Of a stretch of 64,000 nt of DNA, positions 56,190-64,000 are shown in pieces. The stretch spans positions 640,001 to 704,000 of the forward strand of contig OY970192.1 of the NCBI GenBank assembly GCA_963708135.1, read 5' to 3'. Under the pieces are notes generated by a model, which saw only the letters and a list, made by a program, of their open reading frames with translations, was not told where the DNA came from and did no database searches. The DNA is from an uncultured Gemmatimonadales bacterium (lineage in GTDB: Bacteria; Gemmatimonadota; Gemmatimonadetes; Longimicrobiales; RSA9). Both the position numbers and the translations under genes were made by a program. Position 1 is the stretch's first letter; each line of letters starts with the position of its first letter.

Positions 56190-57773
56190 ATGGTCAGCGA
56201 GTTCCGGAACGAGCCGCTCACGGACTGGAGCGAGCCCGAGAACGTGAAGAAGATGGAGGCGGCGCTCGAGAAGGTGCGGGGGCAGCTCGGGCGCACCTAC
56301 CCGCTGGTGATCGGCGGCAAGGACGTGCGGGCGGACGAAGCCTTCGCGTCGGTGAACCCGGCGCACCCGGACCAGGTGGTCGGTCGCTTCCAGAAGGGGA
56401 CGGTCGGGCACGCCACGCGCGCGCTCGATGCGGCGGAGGCGGCGTTCGGGGAGTGGAGCCACACGCCGGCGGAGGATCGCGCGGGGATCGTGTTCCGCGT
56501 GGCGTCGCTGCTCCGGGAGCGGAAGCTCGAGCTGGCGGCATGGATGGTCTACGAGGTCAGCAAGAGCTGGACGGAGGCGGACGCGGACGTCGCCGAGCTC
56601 ATCGACTTCGCGGAGTACTACGCGCGCCAGATGCTGCAGCTGGCCGGGCCCCAGCCGATCGTCCCGTACCCGAACGAGAACAACTCGCTGGTCTACCTGC
56701 CGCTGGGCGTCGGGGCCGTGATCCCGCCGTGGAACTTCCCCTCCGCCATCACGGGCGGGATGACGCTGGCCGCCGTCGTGGCCGGCAACACGGTGGTGCT
56801 GAAGCCGGCCTCGACCGCGCCCGCCATCGCCGCGCAGTTCATGGCGATCCTCGGCGAGGCGGGCGTGCCGGATGGGGTGGTCAACCTGCTCACCGGCCCC
56901 GGCGGCTCGATCGGCGACGCGCTCGTGGACAGCCCGAAGACGCGCTTCATCGCCTTCACGGGCTCGAAGGAGGTGGGGCTCAGGATCTTCGAGCGCGCCT
57001 CCAGGGTCCAGCCCGGGCAGCACTGGCTGAAGCGGACGATCCTCGAGATGGGCGGGAAGGACGCGATCGTCGTCGACGAGACGGCGGACCTCGACGCGGC
57101 TGCCGAGGGCATCGTCGCCGCCGCCTACGGCTTCCAGGGCCAGAAGTGCTCGGCCTGCTCGCGCGCGATCGTCGTGGACGAGGTCTACGACACCGTGCTC
57201 CACGGCGTCATCGCCCGCGCCCGCAAGCTCACCGTGGGCGACCCGACCGACCGCTCCACCTTCATGGGCGCCGTGATCGACGACAAGGCGCTCAAGAAGA
57301 TCCAGGGCTACATCGAGGTCGGCAGGTCCGAGGGCGAGCTCGTGCTCGGCGGCGAGGCCGCCTCCGGCGACGAGGGCTATTTCGTGCCGCCCACGATCTT
57401 CTCCGGCATCGCGCCCGACGCCCGCCTCGCCCAGGAGGAGGTCTTCGGCCCCGTGCTCGCCTTCATCCGCGCGAAGGACTTCGACGACGCGCTCGAGATC
57501 GCCAACGGCACCGAGTTCGGCCTCACGGGCGCGCTCTTCTCCAGGGACAACGACCGGATCGAGCGCGCCCGCGCCGACTTCCACGTCGGCAACCTCTACA
57601 TCAACCGCAAGTGCACCGGCGCGCTCGTGGGCGTGCAGCCCTTCGGCGGCTTCAACATGAGCGGGACGGACTCGAAGGCCGGCGGCCCCGACTACCTGCT
57701 GCTGTTCACGCAGGCCAAGTCGATCGCGGAGCGGGTGGTGAAGAGCGCCGAGCCGCCGACAAGGCCGGTCTGA
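56190..57773 (+). CDS. pruA: L-glutamate gamma-semialdehyde (P5C) dehydrogenase
   Basis: FRNEP, PPWNFP, FTGS, EMGGKD, GQKCSACS, EEVFGP, GNLYINRKCTGA, SGTDSKAGGPDYL. Confidence 0.94.
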   Translation: MVSEFRNEPLTDWSEPENVKKMEAALEKVRGQLGRTYPLVIGGKDVRADEAFASVNPAHPDQVVGRFQKGTVGHATRALDAAEAAFGEWSHTPAEDRAGIVFRVASLLRERKLELAAWMVYEVSKSWTEADADVAELIDFAEYYARQMLQLAGPQPIVPYPNENNSLVYLPLGVGAVIPPWNFPSAITGGMTLAAVVAGNTVVLKPASTAPAIAAQFMAILGEAGVPDGVVNLLTGPGGSIGDALVDSPKTRFIAFTGSKEVGLRIFERASRVQPGQHWLKRTILEMGGKDAIVVDETADLDAAAEGIVAAAYGFQGQKCSACSRAIVVDEVYDTVLHGVIARARKLTVGDPTDRSTFMGAVIDDKALKKIQGYIEVGRSEGELVLGGEAASGDEGYFVPPTIFSGIAPDARLAQEEVFGPVLAFIRAKDFDDALEIANGTEFGLTGALFSRDNDRIERARADFHVGNLYINRKCTGALVGVQPFGGFNMSGTDSKAGGPDYLLLFTQAKSIAERVVKSAEPPTRPV

Positions 57774-57894
57774 GGCAGGCGGCCGGGGATCGCATTGCGG
57801 CCCCGGCCACCCGCCCGTCGGCACCAGCAGCGGCCATGGTCGGCGAACGCGGAAGTACTGAGCCGCCGGCAACTCCTCCTGGAGATGCTGGCGC

Positions 57895-58845
57895 TTAGAA
57901 CCCACTGATGACCGTCAAGTACAGCCCAACCGACTTCGAAATCTTTCCCGTGGGAGAGCTGATCGTGAGCCTCGATCCTCCGCTCGAGGACCGCCCGAAG
58001 CCGAGGACGATGCCGAAGGACTGCGCCTTCTCCTCAGGGAGGAATGCCGAAAGCCGATCGCGCCAGGGTGGCGCTCCCGATCCCCACCAGGTGCCGCCGA
58101 CGGCAAAGCCGGAGGCCAGGTACACCAGTGCGCCGATTTGAGGTGTCAGGCCGGAATAGGTGTCCACGGTGCCGGATACACTCGTTGACCTAATATTCTT
58201 CTCGAGGTTGAGCGCGGCGTCCACCAGCAGCCGCGGTGAGTGGTAGCTGCCCATTGCGACGACGGAGAAGCTGGACTGGAGATTGGCGCCAACGGGAAGT
58301 GAGGAGCTCCCGCCGAGGACGCCGCCGTGGAGCAGGGAATCGCCTCGGGTCTGAAAGGCGTAACCCGGCTGGAGTGAGGGACGGTAGCTCACGCCGATCG
58401 CGGTCTCGAAGCCGTCGCCCTGCGGGCTCAGGTACGAGATCGGGCTGAACTTGGCGCCGATGGCCAGACCGTAAAGCGCCGCGCCGCGGTACGAGGTGGC
58501 GGTGCTGTCCGGCTCGGCCGGCGGCGTGGCGGCGACGGGCTGCTTCAGGAGCGACGCCTCGCCGAGCCGCAGATCGTAGCCTAGCTCCCAGCTTCGGTGG
58601 ACCCGATAGCTCTGGCCGAAATCAAGGCCGAACCGCGCCGCAGTAAGCCTGCCTCCGGACCGGGCGAACCGGAAGGCGCTCAGGTCCAGCCCCGTGCGCG
58701 TCTGGTGCTCCGAGAAGAACGGAACACCTGCCCGAGGCACGCCGGCCAGATCCGCCGTGAACTGCGCCCGCGCCGTACGGGGCGAAGCGACAATCCAGAG
58801 TCCCACCAGGATCAGGACGAGGAAGTGATTGGCTGCGTGCCTCAT
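57895..58845 (-). CDS. Secreted hypothetical protein, possible outer-membrane beta-barrel
   Basis: Signal peptide ending ARA-Q; amphipathic Gly/aromatic strands; C-terminal Phe; GGAGG RBS, ATGA overlap. Confidence 0.6.
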   Translation of the reverse strand: MRHAANHFLVLILVGLWIVASPRTARAQFTADLAGVPRAGVPFFSEHQTRTGLDLSAFRFARSGGRLTAARFGLDFGQSYRVHRSWELGYDLRLGEASLLKQPVAATPPAEPDSTATSYRGAALYGLAIGAKFSPISYLSPQGDGFETAIGVSYRPSLQPGYAFQTRGDSLLHGGVLGGSSSLPVGANLQSSFSVVAMGSYHSPRLLVDAALNLEKNIRSTSVSGTVDTYSGLTPQIGALVYLASGFAVGGTWWGSGAPPWRDRLSAFLPEEKAQSFGIVLGFGRSSSGGSRLTISSPTGKISKSVGLYLTVISGF

Positions 58846-61065
58846 GGCCGGACCTCCGGGATCTGCTGCGCGAGCGGCACCCAGGAGAAATCTGTCAGCG
58901 GGGTAGCCGGTGAAATGGCGACAGCCTTCATGATCTGGCCATCGGATACTCTCACTACTGTGATTTGGTCTGGTTGAGAGGCCAGCGTGAATGCGACCAC
59001 CCCTCTTTCGGGCGAAGCAGCGTAATGAGCAATGCGGTTCGCCTTTCCGAGCGCGAGGACGGTACGGACGCGCGGCGCGCGCGGATTTTCGTCATCTGAC
59101 CTCCACAAGCGACTCCCCGCTTGCACGGTTGTCTCGGATCACGAACAGCCTGTGCGGGCCTGCGAATCGCGGCGCGCGCACCGTGGAGAGCGAGTCAAGC
59201 CTCACCCGCCGGGGATCGCTACCGTCCGCTAGCGTCACATAGATAGAGCCGGCCTCCCGGCTCCGGCCGATCTGGTAGGCGAGCCGAGGCTCGGTCCGCG
59301 CGGTCTGGAGCTGGCGGTAGACCCCGCGCCCGTGGGTGATTTGACGCAGGTCTTCGCCTTCGACCGCAACGGAGTAGATCTCATACGCACCGTTGCGACT
59401 GCTCACATAGAAGACACGGTTGCCATCCGCCGACCAGGTCGGAGAATGCTGCTGATACAGGTGCAGCCCCAGCATGCCGGTCCGTTCCGGCGTGAGCCGC
59501 CGTACGTTCGAGCCATCGAGATCGCAGACGAAGATCCGTGGTCGTCCAGTTCTGTTCGATACGAATGCGATACGGGAGCCATCAGGCGCCAGCATGGGGG
59601 ACCAAGCCGGAGTGTCGGCCGGGCCGATCCGGACCGCCTTCCCGTTCCGGAGAGACACGGTCGCGAGCCTGGGGCCGTGAGTCGTCTGAACGGACCCGAC
59701 TAGATCGCCGAGCGCGTAGAAGGCGACGGTATCCTCGTCCACCCCATTGGAATAGCGCAGGATTCCCCGGCCGATTGCCCGCGCTTGGACCGAGTTGGTG
59801 TTTGCCTGCAGGATGGCCGGTGTGAGGCTCGCCAGGTGAAGGTGCTGGACATGTCCAGGGGACTTGCCATCCCGCCGGACGTACTCACCTACTATGGGCA
59901 CGGTGTCGCCCAGAACCAGCGTGCGCGTGCGCAGTCTCAATCGGAGCTGCGGCGCGTCGACGCTGACGTGCCACACTCGCTGCTGACCCGCCTCCGAGGC
60001 CCGCAACCAGGTCGAGCCGCGTCCAGCCGCTCGGATCACGCCTTCGGCGAGTAGTGTAATGACAGCCGTGTCGCCGACGGAAATCCGCGGGATTACGCCG
60101 GACACCCAGTCGCCTCCCATGACTTGGAGGGATGCAGTTAGCGTGAGCGAATCGCCGCTCGTCAGCTGGAGGATGGAATCGGCGGGATAGAAGCGGGCGG
60201 CCTCGGCCCGCGGGTAGACGCGGGCAGGCAGCGTGATCTGCCGTCCGAGGACGGAAGCCGTGAAAATAGCGCGTCCTGACCGGCCCGTCGAAAGGAGCCC
60301 TGTCGAGTCGAGGCGCGCCACGGAGGGGTCGGACGAGGCCCACCGGATCGGGCGCTCCATGCGCGTCCCATCGATCGACATCAGGCTGATCGCTACCGGC
60401 TGCGAGGTTCCCGCGAACGCGATCACCGAGTCGGGCTTCTGCACCGTGGCATCGACCACGGAGATCACCATGGCCGCGACCAGCCCGTCGGATACGGCTG
60501 CCGTGATCGTGGCGCGGCCCGGCTCGATGGCAATCGCGCGTCCGGCTGCGCCGACGCGGACCACGGCGGTATCAGAGCTGATCCACCGGGCGGTCACCTG
60601 CTGAAGCACGCTGCCCGCGGAGTCGAGCCGGAGCGCGCGAAGCGGGAGCGCATCTCCCCGAAGCAGCTGCGCGTCTCCCGGTTCCACCTTCAGCGAGCCG
60701 TGGGCTGCCTGAGCATCGTAAACCACCACCCGATCCCCGAGCTGAAGCTCCGCGCCGTTCTTGATCGAGATCACGCGAGCCCGGGCGAAGCGGCCCGCCG
60801 CCCGACCTAGCGCCAGCTCGGCCTTCGGCAGCCAGGTTCGCGTGTCGTTGTCGAAATCTACGACATAGACCAGAATCCCCGTGCGGACAGTAGCGTCGGA
60901 CGTGAGGACGACCCGCACTGAATCGTGTCCCTGCACAGCCTCGATGGTGCCGACGGGTGTCTGGGCAAGTGCGTTCGCCCCATGCAGAGCCAAACCGGAA
61001 AAGAGGAGGACCAGAGCCGCTCGGAGACCGGCAGGGGAACAGGGCGGAGTATGGCGCAACATCAT
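58842..61065 (-). CDS. Secreted Ig-like (Big_2) repeat + TolB/PD40 beta-propeller protein, split by 1-nt frameshift near 59097
   Basis: Signal peptide; WISSDTAVVRV, WASSDPSVARL; PDGSRIAFVSNRTG, PTWSADGNRVFYVSSRNG; C-terminus continues in ORF 58842-59126. Confidence 0.8.
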
Positions 61066-61072
61066 GGTGACC

Positions 61073-62683
61073 TCAGACGTGAAGGACTAGGCGGTCGAGC
61101 GCCGCAATGAGCTCCCGGCTGCTCTCATAACGGGCGGAGATATCCTTGCTGAGTAGCCGGTAGACGATGCCTGCAATATCAGGGGGCACCGTTGCCGGAA
61201 GCGGAGGCACCGGATTGATCTCGTGCATCCGCATGACCGCCAACGGATTCCTATCGGTGAACGGCGTGCGGCCGGTAAGCAGGACGTAGAAGATGATCCC
61301 GAGGGAATACAGATCTGATCCGTGCCCGATGGACCCACCGCGGCACTGCTCAGGTGCCATGTAGGCCGGCTTTCCGAAGATCGAGCCATCCAGCGTATGC
61401 ACGCTCGTGAACTCGTGACGTGCCACGCCGAAGTCGATTAGCCGGATCTCGGGGGCCGCACCCCCGCCCAGCACGATGATGTTGTCCGGCGTGAGGTCCC
61501 GGTGGAGTACGCCGCACGAATGCGCGGCATGCAGGCCGCGCGCGATCTCCCGCACGAGCACGTGGGCGTGGTCCGGAGACAGCCGCCCGCCTTGACTGCG
61601 GACGTACTCCAGGAGATTCGGCCCTTCGAGGAACTCCATCGCGATGAAAGGGCGTCCATCGCGCATGTCGTCCTCACGCCCATAGCGCAGCACCCGGACG
61701 ACGGGTGCCTCCGGGAACCGTTGGTTGATCTTACGGACAATGCGACCTTCACGGAGGTACTTCAGGAGCAGATCGCGATCCTGCATCAGCTCCGAATTCA
61801 TCAGCTTCAAGGCGACGGGCTGGCTACCGTCCATGGCGCGGTAGATCGTCGCCATACCGCCGCGGCCGACGACGCTGACGATCGAGTACCGGTCGAACCG
61901 TCCCGTAATCCGGTCGGCATCGAAGACTACGGGCTGAGGATTGTCCCGTGCGCGTGCCGCGATCTTCCAGGCCGCGAGCAGCAGGAGCACCGAAAGCAGC
62001 GGAGCCACGACGCTGAGCAGGCTGACCGGCGGAGGCTGAACCGGCTCCACCGTGGCCGCAACGCGCGACTGAAGGACGAGATCCCCACTGTCGGACAGGG
62101 CTCCGCCGGCAGGAAGCGGCAGGCTGCCAGAGTCCGTTGGCGGCGGGGACCGCTGCTCGGGAAGCGCGAGACTGATGGAGGTTGTGCTTCCAGCCTTCAC
62201 TCCCACATCGGACCGCCTGGCACTGCCGCCGTTGGCTGTCACCGTGATGTCGTAGCTTCCGGCAGGTAACGATGCGAACGCCGCTCGACCACCGCTCCCT
62301 GCCCTGGAGCGGCGCCCGCCGGAAAGACGAACCGTCGCCCCTTCTCGCGTCACGACTACCAGTCTCCCGGTCGTGGGTGCCGGGGCGGTGACCGGCAGGA
62401 CGAGCGTGCTGCCGTATTTCTCGACACGCAGCGAGCGCTCGAACACCTCGCCCCGTGGAGTGGTGACCCTGACCGTCGTCAGGAATGGCGGAACGATGAA
62501 CGCGACCCGTCCGGATGCGTTGGTGAGCCCATGCAGACCCTGATCGGGGATTTCCACGCGTACATTGGCGAGCGGGGGCTCCGTCCTCACCACCAGCTTG
62601 GCTTCCTGGGCGCTGCCGGGCCGGCAGGCGAACGGCGCCAGAGACACCGCGAGCGCGGCGACAACGGCGCCAGCCGTCCTCAC
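61073..62683 (-). CDS. Hanks-type Ser/Thr kinase with N-terminal exported beta-sandwich (PEGA/carboxypeptidase-regulatory-like) domains and central TM
   Basis: Signal peptide; TM LLSVVAPLLSVLLLLAAW; GRGGMA, VALK, HRDLTPDN, DFG, YMAPE, SDLYSLG; GTGA overlap. Confidence 0.92.
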   Translation of the reverse strand: MRTAGAVVAALAVSLAPFACRPGSAQEAKLVVRTEPPLANVRVEIPDQGLHGLTNASGRVAFIVPPFLTTVRVTTPRGEVFERSLRVEKYGSTLVLPVTAPAPTTGRLVVVTREGATVRLSGGRRSRAGSGGRAAFASLPAGSYDITVTANGGSARRSDVGVKAGSTTSISLALPEQRSPPPTDSGSLPLPAGGALSDSGDLVLQSRVAATVEPVQPPPVSLLSVVAPLLSVLLLLAAWKIAARARDNPQPVVFDADRITGRFDRYSIVSVVGRGGMATIYRAMDGSQPVALKLMNSELMQDRDLLLKYLREGRIVRKINQRFPEAPVVRVLRYGREDDMRDGRPFIAMEFLEGPNLLEYVRSQGGRLSPDHAHVLVREIARGLHAAHSCGVLHRDLTPDNIIVLGGGAAPEIRLIDFGVARHEFTSVHTLDGSIFGKPAYMAPEQCRGGSIGHGSDLYSLGIIFYVLLTGRTPFTDRNPLAVMRMHEINPVPPLPATVPPDIAGIVYRLLSKDISARYESSRELIAALDRLVLHV

Positions 62684-63900
62684 CAACCCCTCCGCCGGCC
62701 GGGCGTCAATCGAATGCTATCGGGGGTTTCGGGCCCGACCACGAAGGATACAGTGGCGCCGGCGGGAAAACGCCGCAGATGGAGTACTTCACCCGATCGA
62801 GCCTCGATCGCCAGCGGGGTACCGGGACCCACCCACCCGATCTCACGGCCGCGAATCGTAACTCGCGCAGAGTCTGTCGGGCCTGCAAAAATCCAGAGAG
62901 TCCGGGACGGCGTCAGCGTCGCGGCAGGGAGATCGACGCTCTCCCTGGTCGGCGCGCTGCCGTGGGAGCGGGATCCAGGCACCCGGGTCAGCGCCTTAGC
63001 TCCCCAGTAGGCGAGGCCGGCTATCGTCACGAGCGCAGCGGCCAACGCGGCCAGGACTGCACGCCTTCTCGCGGTTGAGCGCAGTGGCCTTAACCGGATC
63101 GTCCGCTCTGCCGCCGCGGCCTGCACAGGAAGGAGGGCATCGGGCGAGCGGCGGAGCTTTCCCAACTCGAGGAGCACCACACTCGCGTTGTCGTTCGTAC
63201 CTGCGGCTAGGGCACTGGCGACGATGCCTTCCGCAGACTTCTCGAGACTCTCGGAATTGCGGACGACGGCGTCGATCTCGGCATTGTCAAGTACATTCCA
63301 GACGCCGTCGCTGCACACCACATAGACCGCCCCGCTGGGGACTGGGTAACTGGCAATGTCGGGCGCGGCCGTCGGGTCGGTCCCCAGAGCACGCGTCAGC
63401 GCATGAGCATACGGGTGATCGGCAGCGAGTCCGGGAGCCAACAGACCGCGGCGGACCGCGTCCGCTGTGACGGAATGGTCTTCCGTCAGGCGCTCGATCC
63501 CGGTGGGACCGATGCAGTAGCACCGGCTGTCGCCAATGTTTGCGATGACCACCTCCGATCGCGTCGCGAGTACGGCCGCGAGCGTCGTTCCCATCCCGCG
63601 GAGGCCGGGCGCCTCGGCCTGCCTGCGAATTCGGTCATTGATCTCGTCGATCACACCGGCGAGCCAATCGGAGTCGAGGGTGCGGGCCGCACCCTTGAGC
63701 TCCAGGCGGCGCCGCAACCCGTCTGCGGCGAGCTGACTGGCTACGGCGCCGCCCGCCTGTCCGCCCATGCCGTCGGCCACCGCGGCGAAAGCGACCTCGC
63801 CGGTGGAAGACATCGAGGTGATCACCCGGTCCTCGTTGTGATCCCGTGGACCGTTCGCGGAGGCCGCGGCCGATGTCGCAACCGCTCCGTTTGCCTGCAT
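62680..63900 (-). CDS. PP2C-family Ser/Thr phosphatase with TM and C-terminal exported domain
   Basis: RDHNED, ADGMGG, GMGTT, NIGDSR, LTEDHS, LTRALG, CSDG, DNAS; TM AVLAALAAALVTIAGLAYW; start moved to ATG 63900. Confidence 0.92.
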   Translation of the reverse strand: MQANGAVATSAAASANGPRDHNEDRVITSMSSTGEVAFAAVADGMGGQAGGAVASQLAADGLRRRLELKGAARTLDSDWLAGVIDEINDRIRRQAEAPGLRGMGTTLAAVLATRSEVVIANIGDSRCYCIGPTGIERLTEDHSVTADAVRRGLLAPGLAADHPYAHALTRALGTDPTAAPDIASYPVPSGAVYVVCSDGVWNVLDNAEIDAVVRNSESLEKSAEGIVASALAAGTNDNASVVLLELGKLRRSPDALLPVQAAAAERTIRLRPLRSTARRRAVLAALAAALVTIAGLAYWGAKALTRVPGSRSHGSAPTRESVDLPAATLTPSRTLWIFAGPTDSARVTIRGREIGWVGPGTPLAIEARSGEVLHLRRFPAGATVSFVVGPETPDSIRLTPGRRRGW

Positions 63901-63913
63901 GTGCTGTAGGCGA

Positions 63914-64000
63914 TCAGGCGTTATGGAAGACGAAGCTCGCTTCGCCCATCTCCAGCGTGTCCCCATCGCTCAGCGATGTCCATCCGGAGGTGGTCCTGCC
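63914..64000 (-). CDS. 3-prime end of a probable FHA-domain protein (truncated by window edge)
   Basis: Own translation GRTTSGWTSLSDGDTLEMGEASFVFHNA-stop matches the FHA terminal pattern LxDGDxIxxGxxxFxF. Confidence 0.7.
   Translation of the reverse strand, partial: GRTTSGWTSLSDGDTLEMGEASFVFHNA

Noticed and set aside
57774..57894. Integrase, att site or tRNA at the island boundary
   Set aside because: No mobility gene, tRNA or direct repeat visible; island status rests only on composition and gene content
63901..63966. PP2C start at 63966
   Set aside because: Overlaps the FHA-like gene tail in another frame; ATG 63900 fits better

Overview
Very GC-rich bacterial chromosomal segment. Gene order and protein style suggest Gemmatimonadota; this is inferred, not searched. 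About 52 CDS and no rRNA, tRNA or CRISPR array that I can support. Most of it is core genome: ANTAR two-component pair, glnA, fur, dksA-like, acs, moxR-DUF58-transglutaminase, apbE, guaB, an aeRF1-like protein, three lytic transglycosylases, a long minus-strand run DUF58-BatA-mfd-PPIase-surA-pdxA-ftsE-ftsX-envC-holB-moaC, lepA-waaF-ROK-PfkB-(STAS/HATPase)-(STAS/wHTH), a nucleotidyltransferase/PMM-like fusion, penicillin acylase, ypdA and pruA. Best candidates for undescribed biology: (1) a compositionally distinct, tightly coupled operon at the right edge, FHA - membrane PP2C - receptor-topology Ser/Thr kinase - secreted Ig/beta-propeller protein - putative outer-membrane barrel; (2) a His-less HATPase paired with a STAS-wHTH protein behind two sugar kinases; (3) two stand-alone paralogues with a LeuA-allosteric-like domain; (4) a GGQ-less aeRF1/Balon-like protein; (5) two copies of a palindromic non-coding element bracketing the acylase gene; (6) a terminator-like hairpin in the leader of the ANTAR regulator. 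Two genes carry single-base frameshifts (about 14366 and 59097) that may be sequencing errors. All family calls come from motif recognition by eye.
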